A stretch of DNA of 64,000 nucleotides, taken from the NCBI GenBank assembly GCA_004431415.1, contig QPMI01000514.1:434001-498000 (forward strand). The letters are read 5' to 3'. This DNA comes from Cyanophora paradoxa CCMP329. Lineage: Eukaryota > Plantae > Glaucophyta. The notes beneath the pieces are model-generated. The model worked only from the letters and a program-made list of their open reading frames with translations, did not search any database and was not told the DNA's origin. Each line of letters begins with the position of its first letter. Position 1 is the first letter of the stretch. The translations under genes were made by a program, and so were the position numbers. This document shows, piece by piece, positions 19,236-32,242 of this stretch.

Positions 19236-22200
19236 CATGAAACGGAAGCATAATTATGCACAATACATGTACATGCGCGCGCAGCCGCAGGTCCGGGATC
19301 CGCAGCGCGGACCCGGGATATCGATATCGATCGCGATGTCGACGTCGATATCGATATTATAATTAAATATTGATCGGAGGTACTCGGAGCGCGTGCGCGC
19401 TCCGATCCGAATGTCGAGTTTATAATCTATATAGTGTGACCGATCGTGAGGCAGGCGGCGCGGACCCGCGGCCGGGATATCGATACCGATATCGATATCG
19501 ATCGGAGCTCGAGAGGTTTGAATTAAATATTTGGAGAGCGTACGCGCGCGTGCGCATGCACGCGTACCGTGCGGCGTACGTATACATGCATATGGCAGCA
19601 GCAGCCAGCCCTTGCAATTGGCCTGCGCCGCTGCGCGGCATCATCGCCGGCATGTGCATGCGCAGCGCCGCACAACGGCGCACATCATATGCATGCGGCA
19701 CATGTACATGTACATGCATGCGCATATGCCTGAATGAACCCTAGTGAATGAACGCTTCCCTTCAACTGCGATCGCGATCCTCGCGATTTCACCGAGTCAC
19801 TCGTCGTGACTCATGTGACATGCATATATGTGATCATGACTCGGCCCTTAATGGGAGTCGGGGACCGGGGTACAGCGAACGTGTCATTTCGAAGCCGGTT
19901 TCTTTTCGACGGCACCAAAGGCAGCCCTGGCCCGGCTGGCCGGGCTGGCCCCTGGGCCCTGGGGCCACGCCGCCGCGGGCTACATGCGCTTTCTTCGTGC
20001 AAACGCCGGCGCCACTGATCATCATGGCATGAGGCCCGTTGATGAGGGCCGCGATCGATGATCCGAGCTCCGATATCGATTCCGCTACGATACCGATCCG
20101 TGCCGGCCGCCGCCGGGTAGTTGGAGAAGTACCGTAGTACTACTGTAGTAGCCTAGTAGTTTCAAAGTCTTGGAGAGCGGCCGTTCTATAGTACTAGTGC
20201 CATCTAGATCTAAAGCTATCGCCGACCCGCGCGCGGCGCGCCAGCCTCCAGCTGCATCTAGCTATATAGACGCCGACTCGTCGACGAGCTCGCCGGCTCG
20301 AGCATCGCCCTGATCGTCGTCGAGCATCGCGCCTCCCAACTTGCCATTGCAATTGGCGGCAGCTGCAGCCCGCAGATCGCAACTGTAACCGAACCATCGG
20401 TGCGTGCATGCCACTCCATGGCAATGGGAGGCATTGGGAGCTCAAGCGCTAGCATCTATATAGTGGCCGTTTAAGTTCACGTTTAAGTACATATATCATA
20501 GTATGGCAGCTCATTAGTATGTCGCCCGATCAACGAGAGGCGTCGAGAGCCACCCTTAAGCTTGCGATTGGGGACCTCATGGTCAGGGCCATGGTGGCTG
20601 GATCGTGTAAAGTGTTTGCTGGGCCATGGCGCCTGGATCTTGTAAAGTTGACCCGTGCGCTTCCCTTCAGCCGCAGACCATGCATGTATGTTGCGGGATG
20701 GAAGACCTCCGGATCCATGCAGCTGTGCATGCAGATGGCCGTGGTCAGAACGTCTAGAGTCTGCAGCTGCTCGCACAATTGCAACCGCGGGGTACCTCAC
20801 ATGCATATGCCACAACATCGCCAGTTTATCTTTGCTGCTTCCTAGGTAACCCCGCGTGCAGGGCCACAGCGAAACATCCGTGCACGCGTTCGATTCGTGG
20901 TGAATCGAAAGCCTCAACGTCCTCGTCCATTTTCATTCGACAACAGTCGCGAGCTGGAGCGCGACATCCGATGATCGACAGGTAGCCACCGCGCCTTCGG
21001 TCACGGAGGCCTGCCTAGGCCGCCGGGCGCCCTATACCTACACCTAGCTCGAAGCATTATCGCCATCGCGATCGTGTTCCCTGACGATATCGATGTCGAT
21101 ATCGATGTCGACGGGGACAGGTCAAGTTGCAAGCAGCAGGCCTAGGCCCTCGAGCTCGCGCTGCGCGAAACCTGCACGGGCGTGCGTCCGCTCGCCTGTT
21201 CTCTGTTGTCAATTGCAATTTCTCATGTGCATCTCTCTTTTACACGCAGCTGCAGGTTGCCGAGCCTGCTTCAGCGATTGCGACTGCAGCTCGTTCGTAG
21301 CATCCGCAAGGGAGTGCGCCCGCTCGCCTTCAGCTTATGCAAGTGCCTGTCGGTGTCTCATGACCGTGACCATCTGCTTGTTCTCTCTTGCGCGCAGGTC
21401 GCTGCCCCTGCAACCGCGACCGCCGCTGCAGTTAACGTTGGTCCGCCGCGGCGCCTCTCATGATCAGCCGCTGTCTTACTTACGTTGGTACTGATTATCC
21501 GCTATCGCGCGCAGCTTGGAGAGCAGCGAAGCAAGAGATTGTGACGGCACCGGCGGATCTTGATCAGACCGGAGGCCTGATAATGAGGCATCGATATCCG
21601 GAGCAGAGCCCGCAATGGAGCGTCGACGTCTGAGCTGCGGTCTGCACGTACAGGTGCCCGTCCGCATCAAAAATAAATCCAATGATATCGATCAACGTTT
21701 AACAGTTATCGTTCACAACCTGCGGGCTGCTTTAGGCACCCTCGTCCGGATTTCCGGGATTCATTCGACTCACATGCACGTGCAGACACGACTTCGACGT
21801 CGACGGACGCGGCGATTACTGTTCTCCACGCATATGCAGGAGGGGGGCGTGTCAGAGCCGACGTCGCCGGTGCGTTCATACGACTCGCGGGCGTCGACGT
21901 TCGTGCCGAGATGCCCGCTCGAAATAGATGCATTAACGTTAACTATTATCTCATGCGGCGACAGTCTGACGGCCTGCCTCCTCTTTCCTTTTCGTCGCAG
22001 GGTGCCGGCACTCATCGCCCTGGCCGTGGCTTGGAGGACAAGAGGGAGAACAGTGGATCCAAGCGGCGTAAAAGGAATGTCAGCTTGCCGGAGGAGGCCG
22101 CCATGTCTTTGCCGCGATCGGGCGGGCGCCGGCACTATAGCGAGCTGCGGCCGCGGTGGCCATCCACAGCGGCGAGCGACGACGGGAGCTCGCGATTGGC

Positions 22201-24088
22201 TGCCGTGCCCTCGTCCGCCCCGGATTCGGCGCGCCAGTCCCCCGTGGCCACATCCAGCTGCAGCTTCTCGCGAACCCAATCGGCACGGGTGTCGATCAAT
22301 GCGCTCTGCGCGCCCGGCTCCCCGACAATGGACCCTCCGAATGTCCATGTCGATTCTGTACTTGAGACCAAGCGGCCTCCCGCAAAGGCGGCGGGTCTGG
22401 CGGCGTCCATCGCACAGCTTCCGCCCCCTTCCTTCGAATTCCTCGATATCGATCTCGCCTCACTGCAGCTGCCGCCCCCGGCGGCTGCCCCGGCCCCCCG
22501 GCCACGCACCTCCAGATCCCTCGCGGCACAGGCAGTCCCTAGGCCTGCCTTGCCGCCGTATCATCCAGTTTCCAATTCCTTTTCTTCTCCATCGGTACCC
22601 TGTTCGACATCTTCCACGTGCACTTCTCCTCCTCGAGTTCTCCCCACCTACCTCGTGGCCCCGCACCCTTCCGCGCGGGGCGCATTGCAGCATCCGCCGG
22701 CCGCGGGCGCCCCGGATGCGGAGCCGATCGCAACCGCGGCGCTGCAGCTGCCAGCTCCAGCCCGCGCGCTGTACCCGAGGCTGGCCACGTGCACGGGTCG
22801 CGAGCCGCCGCTGTCTCGGTGCGCGTTCAGCCCTGGCAGTGCCCGCGCGCCCCGGCCCTACTCCCGAATTAGTGGATCTCCAGATCCGCGCCTTCTCGCG
22901 ATCGCCCCTCCGCCGGCTCTGATTGCGTCTCGCTCCGTTACGCGCGCAGAGCCCACGATCATGATCAGCTGCAGCAGGAGGGGATCCGGATCCGGATCCG
23001 GGCGAAATCGATGGGGGGAGAGGCGCACGGAGCCCTAGGCCTGGAGCACGCGCCGTCGCTGGGGTCGCACACCCTGCAGCTCCGCAAAAAGCTGGCTCGA
23101 ATCCAGGAGGACTCCTTTCGCTTCGTCGCCGCCCTCGCTTCCGGCTCCGCCGCCGGCCCCCCGCCCCCGGGTTTCCCCACGGCAGCTGCAGAACTCGCCC
23201 CGCCCGGACCCGCGGCGCCAGCGCCCTTCTTTCAGCCTCAGCACGCGACCGGGCCGCCTCCTGCAGCTGCGGCCGCCCGGGTTCCTCTAAATTTTCCTCG
23301 AGCTCAGATTTCGGCGGGATCTGCAGGCTTTCCGCCGGCACTGCTGGGGCGGGCCCCGCACTCCCTGCCGCCGCCTCCTGTATACGTACCGCTCGTGCCT
23401 CTGCAGCTGGCGGCGCCGGCAGCATCAGGCCACAGATCCTGGTCAAGGGACCACGTCCACCGGTCGCCCCACGAACACCGGCCCCTCCAGCCCCGCGTGC
23501 ACAGCACCGCCGCCCGCGGCGACCCGACTCAGCCCGCGCCGCCCGCGGCCGTCCACGACCACGTCCTCCCCTCACCCCCCGCGCCTCCGGATCCCTATAC
23601 CTGAGCAGCCTCGCCGCTCGCGTTGCGGGCCGGCCCTAGGTCGCGCGTCGCGATCGGTCTGGCCCTTGCATAATTAGGGCCTGGCGGCCGCCGCAGCCAC
23701 CGACCCCGTTCTTCTGTCTCCCGTCCTCTAGATCTCCGGAGGGCCTCGCTTCCGAAGTTCGCAATCGAGCCGCCGCCACCCCGGCCTCGCGTGCGCGCGG
23801 GCCGGGGCGGCCAATCGATATCGCACCAACAGGCGCCCCGGCCCGCCCTCTCTGCCTCAGCCGCAATGGCCAGACAGGCGGCCATGATGATCAGTTTTTT
23901 GCAATCGATTCCGGGATCCCGTTTTTGATGATCATGATCATGATCGATATCATAGATTCAATAGGATAGGCTGCAGAATTTGAATTTAACGCTCTAAATT
24001 CTCCTTCTTTTTCTCGCACTAAGTGTACATGTGCGCATGCGTGCATGCGTTTCAATTTGCGTCTGATTTGGTTTCTGAGGAGTCTTCA

Positions 24089-25840
24089 CTACAAATTCAG
24101 ATGAGACTGCAGAAGAATCAGAGCGGCGAGGGCGGCAGTGTCTGCCTGCGGCGCGCGCGCGTGGCGGGGAGAGGGGGGGGGGGGGGGGGGGGGACGCAGA
24201 GTCAGGGCCGCAAGGAGAACATTCGATCTCGCACATTCGCAGTCAATGCAGAGATTTATGAGGCCGGGAACGGGGGGGGGGGGGGGGGGGGGGGGGGTGC
24301 GGACCTTTAAGACCTGTGAGCAGCCGTCGAGGGCGGTGGGGGGCCCGGCCGCCGCCTGCACGGGCGCCGCGGCGGTGCTTCAGTTACGGTGTCGAGTACA
24401 GAGCACACGCGATCGCAACAGCCCGCGGGGCTTGCGCTTAGAAGCTAGCCAGCGGTGCTAGACAAGCTCGCGGGGGGGCGCGCCTGCAGCTGCGCCCGCT
24501 CTGCGTCACTGAAGCCTCCCTCGGGCCCAATCACGAGCGCCACCTGAGCGGATCTGAGCCGATGCAGGGGGGGCGGGGCGCGCCGGCACCTCGGGAGCGC
24601 TCTTGAGGGCGGGGGCGGCTTCCTGCAGCCTCCGGGGCGCGCCGATGTCGAACCAGAGGCACGCGGGGCCGCCGCCGCCCGCCAGAGCCGAGAGGCCTGC
24701 GGTACTAATGAGCGCCCGGGGGCAAGAGCCGGGGGGGGGGGGGGGGGGGGGGGTACTGGGCCGACCAGGGGCCTCTTCCCTCAGCTCGAGCTCGTAGTAC
24801 CTCATCGACTGCGGCGAACGGGGCGGGGGCGGGGGACAGGGTCAGCTGGGACCAAGCGATGCGCCGTACCCGGGACGCGCCGGGGGGTACACGCACCTGC
24901 CGCTCGGCCTCGTCGCGGATGCGGCGGAGGCGGTCGAAGTCCACGCGCCCGGGGCTGAGGGGGTACGCGCACATCAGGCCGGGGGTACGACCGCGGGGGG
25001 GCGGGGGGTACGGCCGCACCGGGAGCGGTCGGCGCGGTAGAACTGCAGAGCGTCGAGCCCGAGCTCGGCGAGCTGCCAGCGGGGTCCGAGTCGGGCGGGG
25101 GTACGCCAGAGGCGGCCGGTGGGGGGGGGGTACGAGGCGACCTTCTCGACGGCCCACTCAAGGCGGTCCTTTCGGAGGAGCGGGAGCCACACGACCGTGC
25201 GCGGGACGCCGGCCGGCCGAGCCTCCGCATGCTCCTGAGACTCGCTGCGCGGCGCGTTCGTCGGCCGGCGCGCGGCGAGAGATGCAAAGCGGGCCGGCGC
25301 CGGCCCGGCGGCCGCGGGGGCGGACCCGGCGGGGACGAGGGAGACGCGCCGCATGCGCCGGTCGTCGGCGGCGAGCTCAAAGAGGCGCGACCGGCCGCGT
25401 CCGTCGAATCCCTCCACCGCGTCGCCCGCCGCGAGCCGCAGGACGCGCGTCAGGTACGTCTTCTGCTCCGCGTCCAGCTCCACCGCCGCCGTCGATTCCA
25501 GGCTCGCCGGCGGCAGCTTGATGCGCCGGAGCCGCCCTTGCCCGTCCTCCTCCTCGCCCAGACCCTCATCCGCCCCCCGCGCTCGCGCCTGCGCGGCGGG
25601 ACTGACGTGCAGCGGACGCCGCGCGAGGGCCCACCGCGACGGCGACCGGAGCGCCGATCCCGCGAAGCTAGCGACGCCACGCTGCATGCACGCCGTGGTG
25701 ACTATCGGCTTGTCCGCCCTGCAGAATCGGCTGTGCTGTACGGCGCGGAGCGAACGCGGCGCTGTGGGCCTACACGCTGCCAGCGCTGTCCAGATCGCGA
25801 AGAGAGCGGGCCGGTCGCACGGCGCTTGCAGAGGCCGCAT
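24089..25840 (-). CDS. rsmE: 16S rRNA m3U1498 methyltransferase RsmE family (multi-exon, probably organelle-targeted; true start may be the later MQRGVASF)
   Basis: Exons encode YLTRVLRLAAGDAVEGFDGRG, KDRLEWAVEK..ELG, RLRRIRDEAERQ, IGPEGGFSDAE (~24500-24531) and ADTAALAAL. Confidence 0.85.
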
Positions 25841-25848
25841 GGCTCAGG

Positions 25849-27711
25849 ATGGCAGAGGGGTACGCCGCGAATTCAATGGCCGAGGCCGGCGACGACTCCG
25901 GGAACCCGCCGGGCGATGAGGAGGACGGGATTTCCGCGGCGGCGCCGGCAGAGTTCGAGTATGACCCGCGCTACGACGAGGAGGCCGACGTCCCGACGAA
26001 CCGCCCCAAGTACCGCCGCGGCCGCCGCGAGACAGCCGTCAAGGTCTACACCATCGCGCTCGAGTCCAGGCGCGCTGATCGTCCTCGCGCGCCTCGCAGT
26101 CCGCCGAGCCGCTGTCCGCGCAGGTACTTGATCGTGCGCGACGTGCCCGCGTACGGCGTCGTACAAGACCTCATCAAGCTCTTCGCAATCTACGGGCCTA
26201 TCCAGGAGTGCGCGGCCGCCCGGCGCGCCCGGCGGCCAACATCCCAGAGCGAGCGAGCGGCGGGCGCCGGCGCAGGTACCGCCTGCTCGACGACGCGCCA
26301 TGCGAGCAGTTCACGGATGTCTACCGGATCAAATTCGCGACCATCGATGCCGCCCGGTGCGCTCTCGCCGCCGCGGCGCTTCCGGCGCCGCTGCCGCGCG
26401 CGCGCCTGCCACCGAACGGCCTCTCCCAGCGCCGCGAAGCGGAAGATGGACGGGCACAGCTTCTTCGGGAAGCAGCTGAAGGTCCGGTATGCGCCGGAGT
26501 ACGAGACGGTGGAGGAGACGCGCGAGAAGATCCTCGGGCACCGCGACTTCGTCGTCGCCCGCCTCGCCGCCCTCGGCCCGCCCCGCCCCCCCCCCCCGCC
26601 CTACCGCCAACTTTGCGCCGGCTGAACGCTGTCGCGCGTGCACCCCGCAGATCGGGAGGCGTCGCGCGGGCGCGGGGGCGCGGGCCCTTCGAACCAGCGC
26701 GGCGGCGGCTCCTCGTCCTCTTCCTCCGCAGGGGGCCGACCCCAGCAGAGCCTGCCCCGGGCGCCGGCCGCAAGCTCCTCCATGCCCCCTCCGCAGCGCG
26801 TCCGCCCGGAGCCGCCGCAGGCGCCGCCCCGCGCCCTCCCTGGCGTGCAGGCCCCGCCCCGCTCCGCCCTTGAGATGATCCCCCGGCCCACGGAGTGCGC
26901 CGTACCCCACGAGCCCGCCCGGAAAAACGCTCACCGACCGCCGCGCATGCGCAGGCGGAACGTTCGCGCGGCAGCCGCCGCCATAAGGGGCGGGCGGGGC
27001 CGCGGGGCCCCCGGCGCCGGTCTCTTCGGGAGCGTCACCGGACCTCCGGGGGTACAGCCGCGGGAAGAGACCCCGAAGGAGGAAATCGTCGACGTGCGCA
27101 CCCCTCCGCTCGGGCCGGGGTACCCTCCAACTTCGGCGCAGTATTTTCCAAGTGAAGAAATGAATCAGACGGTCCTCAGCATCCGACAGAAGCTCCGGCG
27201 GGTTCGCTTGTACCCCCCCGCTATCGCGGAGTCCCGTACCCCTCGGCGGCGCTGAAGTGCCCTCCGGCAGGTCGAAGGCGCCCCCCGGGGTGACGTCGGC
27301 GCCGGTCTGCCCCGTCAGCCAACCTCCAGCTCCTCCCCGGCCCCCGCCCCCGCCCCCACCCCGGTCTCCGCGTTCTCCCCCGAGCCTTCCCCCACCGGCT
27401 CCTCCTCCTCGTCCGCCCCGACCGCCCCGCCCCTGTACCCCAGCATGGCACCCGACCTGTTCGGCGCTCCCCTGCCCCCCTCTGCGGCCCCCTACGCCCG
27501 CCGCTTCGAGGCCGAGTACGACGTCGACGTACCCCTGCCGTCGTCCTCCCCGCACGCGTACCCCCCCGACTTCCACGCTTCCGCCCCCGCCCCGGCTCCT
27601 GCTCCTCCCCTCAGGCCTGCCTCCGACACGGCCGCCCGGCCCGGAGGAGCGGCGCCCCTACCCTCAGGGCCGCCCGTGCGGCGGGCGCCGGACGGGCGCA
27701 GGCGTATCTAA
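25849..27711 (+). CDS. RBM48: RNA-binding protein 48 (RRM; minor-spliceosome factor), multi-exon
   Basis: RPKYRRGRRETAVKVYTIALESR|YLIVRDVPA...YRLLDD.PCEQFTDVY.IKF..I.AAR.AKRKMD...FFG..L.V.YAPEYETVEETREK matches the RBM48 family signature. Confidence 0.9.
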
Positions 27712-27828
27712 TCATGACGCTGCTACTTTTCTTAAATGAATAACCTGCAGGCTAAGGAGAGTCCTAGATGGCTGCGCTGCACACTGCTAGGACTCCTAGG
27801 AGACGAGGCGATCGCCGCGGGAGGGCGG

Positions 27829-30800
27829 CTAAGCCCGCCAGCCCGAGGCGCGCTGGGCAAGCCCGTAGGTGGGGGTTGGGGAGGGCGAGGCGGAGGTGCT
27901 GCGCCGGTAAGGCGACGGCTGCCGCTTCATGTTCTGTCCCAGCGCCCTCGTGAACGTGCCCGACGCCGTCTGAGCGTACGGCGACGTGTACCCCGCCGCG
28001 TACACCGGCGAGCTCGGCTTGTTCAGCGCGGCGGCCGCGGCGGCAGCTGCGGCGGCGGCGGCCGCTGCCGAGGTCGTCGGTAGCGGGCCGGCGACGGTCG
28101 GGCCAGGGATGGTCCCCGCGGTGAGGGGCGTGTAGTTCCAGGGGGCCGGGCCCGGCACGACCCCGGGCGTCCCCGTGCTCCTCCGCAGCGCGTATGCAGC
28201 CTGGCCCATGCTCCCCACCAGCACAGGCGCCTGCCCGACGCACACGGTTAGCCGGAAACAAGGGGGGCGCTGCCGGCGGGCGGGCGGGCGGGCGCACGGA
28301 TTGGGAGCGGGCGACGTTGTCCTGGGGCGTGCCCGGCCGGTTGGCCTGGGAGGGCGAGGGCGGGCGCTGCTGCTGCTGGGCGCCGCTGCTGAAGGCGGGG
28401 GCGGAGCCCTGCCGGAGCATCGACTGGTAGGCGCTGGAGGGGGTCTGGGAGATGGGCGCGGAGGGCGGGCGGCGGGCGAGGGCGGCGGCGGGGGGCGCGG
28501 GGGTCGGGGCGGGCGCCGCCGCCGCGGACCAGGTCGCGGCGGAGGGGAGGGCCGGCGGGCGCCCGCGGAGCCGGGGGCGCCCCAGCGGAGTAGGACGGGG
28601 CGGGGAGAAGGCGGAGGCGTACGCCGGGGAGGCGGCCGCGGGGCTCGGGACGGCCGGCGCGGAGGAGCGGCGGGGGTGCCGGGGACGGCGAGGGCGGCCG
28701 CGGGCTCGTGCCCCTCGCGGGCGGAGCGGCGGCGGCGGCCGCCGCCGCTGCCGCCACCTCTGCGCGGTCGCGGGGCGGGCCGGCGGAGGCTGCGCGGGCG
28801 TCAGCGGCCAGCGGAGGGTGCGGGGGCGCGGGCGCGGGGCCGCACGCACCGGAGCGGACGGTGCGCTTCTTCTTCTTGGTGCGCATGCCGCGCGGGGGCG
28901 TCTGCGGGCGGCCCGACCCGGCCGACCCCGGCCGGTCGTCCGGGCCCCCGCCCAGCGGGATCAGCGTCCCGCTGTCGGTGCGCATCATGCCGCCGCGCCC
29001 GCCCTCGCTGGTGTCGAGGGGGCCGTTGGTGGAGGGGTACGTGGCGCCCAGCTCGCCGTCGTCGTCGGCGTCGGCGAGCACGACCGAGCCGCGCTCGCGG
29101 GCCGTCCCCGCCGACATCGGCCGCCCCGCCTGCCGCTCGCCCCCCGACGAGGGCCCCGCCGCCCCGTCCAGCCACGCCTCCGTCTTGCGGGGCGGGGCGC
29201 CCTTCGGCAGGACCCCGGCCCCGGAGTCCCGCAGCGGCCGGATCGTCCCGTTCTGCCCCGCAAGCCGCGCCGGTATCCTGTACTCCTCTTCGCTCGCCTC
29301 CTCGTCCTCCATGTCTCCCTGCGGGCGGCGCGCGTCAGGCGCGCTGCGCAGCGGCGGCCGCGCGCGGGCGAGGCGAGGGCCGCGCACGTCGTCGTCGTCC
29401 TCTTCCTCCTCCTCCTCGGCGGCGGCCGCGGCGACGGCGGCCGCGGCCGCGGGCGGAATGGCGGCGCGGGCGGCCGTCGCGGGGGCGTGCCGGGCCGCGA
29501 GCCAGTGCCCGTCGCCGGGACGCGGTACTCGGCCCCCGGGAGGCGTCCAGCACCACGGTCCGCTGCGCCGCCTGCGCCTGCGCCGCGGGGGCCGGCGGTG
29601 GGGCCGGGGCCGGCGGCGCCGCCTCGATGGCGCGGCGGCCGCCGCCGCCGTTCTCCACAAGCTCGGGCCGCATCTGGGCGAGCGGGACGTGGTTCCCGTT
29701 GGCGTCCAGTACGATGCGGATCACGGGGCGCTTGGGCCAGCGCGTGTTGATCTTCGCGGGCCTCGAGAGGCGCCGCCGGAAGCGCCGCGGGTAGTAGTCC
29801 TCGTAGTCCACCTCGCTGCTCGGGTCCGTCTCGGAGCCGCTCGCGGGGTCGTCCGCGTTGAACGGGCAGCTGGTGTAGTCCAGGCCCGGCGGCCGCACCG
29901 GCCGCTGCAGCCGCACGCCGGGCGCCGGCGTCCGCGCGTCGATCCACGTGAGCCGCACCCGCGCCGGCGGCAGGTGCGGCGAGCGCGCCGACCGCATCTG
30001 CTCCTCCGTCACGCAGTCCAGCGCCGAGAACGAGTTGTAGAACTGCGAGGGCGAGGAGAGGTCGCCGTCAGCGGGCGACGGGTGGCCGCTAACGCTCCTG
30101 CGGGAGGGCGGACCGTGTGTTCGAGGACAACAGTCTCGTTCATCTCCTCTTCCGCCCAGTCGGGATCCTTGAATTCGTCGTAGCTAACCTCGCCAGCCTG
30201 GATTCTGCGCGGCACGGGCGGCTCAGGCGGCGGCGGCCGCTCGCGCGATAATCCCCACGGTCCCGCACCGCCGCTCGAGGATCTTCAGCTGCCGCAGGAA
30301 AGCAGGCTTGAGCTGCATATCCGGCCGCTTGGCGCGCACGTAGTCCAGACTCCTCTGCAGGTCGCGGAAGAAGGTCTTCATGAGGTACGCAACGATCACG
30401 CAGCAGGAGCGCGCTGCAGACGAGCGAAGTTAGTTGTACGCGGTTAGATACAAGCTTAGCTAAGGACATACAGATGCCGTGGAGCGAGTGGATGAGGATG
30501 CTCTCGCCCATCTCCTGCGCCTCTTTTACGAAGGCGCAGACCTCGTTCAGAGTCTTGTCCTGCGTTGAAAAAGAACGTTTAGATACGTGCCTGCGCGACA
30601 TAAAGGAAACGCAAGGGACCTTGCTGTCGAGAACGACTGTGATGTCCGAGTCCGCCCAGCGGTAGGTCAGGTACTTGACGCCCAGGCTCTGGAAACGGTT
30701 CGCCACTTGATGCCCGGCGCAGTTTATGATATGGCTGATCTTGTTCGCCAGCACGAACGCCAGGTCTTGCGAGGACTCGCTCGTGCCCAGAAACAGCCCA

Positions 30801-31050
30801 TCTTTAATTTTGGCAGCGATGGCGGCCGCTGGAATGACAAGGAGAAAGCGAAACATGGTAAGCCGAGAGCGGGCACACGGTGGGGAGCCCATGGCAGCGC
30901 ACCGGGTGGCGGGGGCGGTGCCATGTACTGAGGCGGCGCAGGGGCGTAGGCTGGGGGCGCATATTGTGGAACCATAGCTGGCGGCGGCGTGAGGGCTCGC
31001 ATTGGAGGCGGCCTTCTCGCCGCCGGCGAGTTACTGCGGTAACCCCGCAT
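27829..31050 (-). CDS. Dual-specificity phosphatase-fold protein (Cys-to-Ser pseudophosphatase) with long low-complexity C-terminus, multi-exon
   Basis: KIKDGLFLG..ISHIINCAG..GVKYL..ILIHSLHGISRSCCVIVAYLMK..SLDYVRAKRP..LKPAFLRQL. The 3' end is approximate. Confidence 0.8.
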
Positions 31051-32242
31051 TGTCGGGCCGGAAAGCGTGCGTTTCGATCAGAGCTTGCTCATGAGCCTAT
31101 GCTCTCTGTGTGCTGAGAGCGGGCGAGGGCCCGCAGACGCGACCAATTTGGTCGGCCTGTTTCAGCCACGGCGGCACTACAGATTACGCGACGAAAGGTT
31201 CTGGGTCAAGCTGGGCAGGTCAGAGAACGATAAGAGAAGACCGGCCGCAGCTCCACCGAGAGCTGTGGTGAGCAGGGATACACTGCACGTTTGGCCCAGG
31301 GGGGGCAATCGCTGCAGCCGCTTTGGGGGTACGGTGCTAATGCAGGTCGACGTCTCTCGGCCCCGACCAGCTGCAGCGATCAGCCGTGCCGATCGAGATC
31401 TAGATCTCTAGCTTTGATTTCTCTTTGAGCTCGTTAAGCCCACTCTGATCTCTTTTGTTCATGGACCCTGGGCGCTAGCGCTGCTCATGCGTGGCCCGGC
31501 GCCGGCGCCGCGGCGCGCGCGCGCGCCCCCGCGTCGCCGAGTCGGGGGCCCGCGACCGCTCACCACGCGCACGCACGCGCAGCGTGCATGTGAGCCGCCG
31601 TTGCAATTGCCCGCCCTCTCCATGGCGGCCGTGACTACTAGGCTAGCGCTGAAGCTTCGAATTCGACTTCGCGAGCCCACCGGCGCCCCGGCGCCGGCCC
31701 GCGGCCGCGGCGCCCCCGGACGTCGAACACGGCCAGGCCTAAGTGGGCGGTGCCCCTCTCCTGCGCGGCCCATGCCGGCGCCTGAGTCGAAGGGGGTCCG
31801 TCTACAGCTGCGACGAACCAGGACATGTACAGGAGCAGCTGCAGCTGCAGCTGCAGGCGGTCAGCGCAGCCGACGGCCAGGGCACCGCGACGGGATATCG
31901 AGCTCGCCCCCCTCGATCGCCGGCGCCCTCCTTAATCGCAAGCAGCTGCAGGACCAATGGACCACTGGGCCATGCGCTCGCGTGCCCCGATCCGCCCCGT
32001 CCCGTGCGCCAGAGTCGAGTAAAAAAAAAGGCTGGCGCGGCCTGGTACTCAGCTCACTCGGATGTCATGATCTGCCTCTGCAGAACTCTAGATCCGATGA
32101 TCTGACCATAAGACTCGCGCGCGGCCGATGTGCGCGTCATGTCGCGAACGTTAACGCGAACGTTGACGCACGCTTGGTTTTCGCGAACTCAAACCGTGAC
32201 GCTATGAATTCACGTGCACGATCGCGAACGACTCCGGGCGCA

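Noticed and set aside
20530-20784. GSARVNF resembling the end of an AP2 domain
   Set aside because: The rest of the AP2 motif is absent.
21600-23610. Possible proline-rich host gene on the + strand
   Set aside because: Some splice-like signals, but no recognisable domain and many palindromic footprints; cannot be supported.
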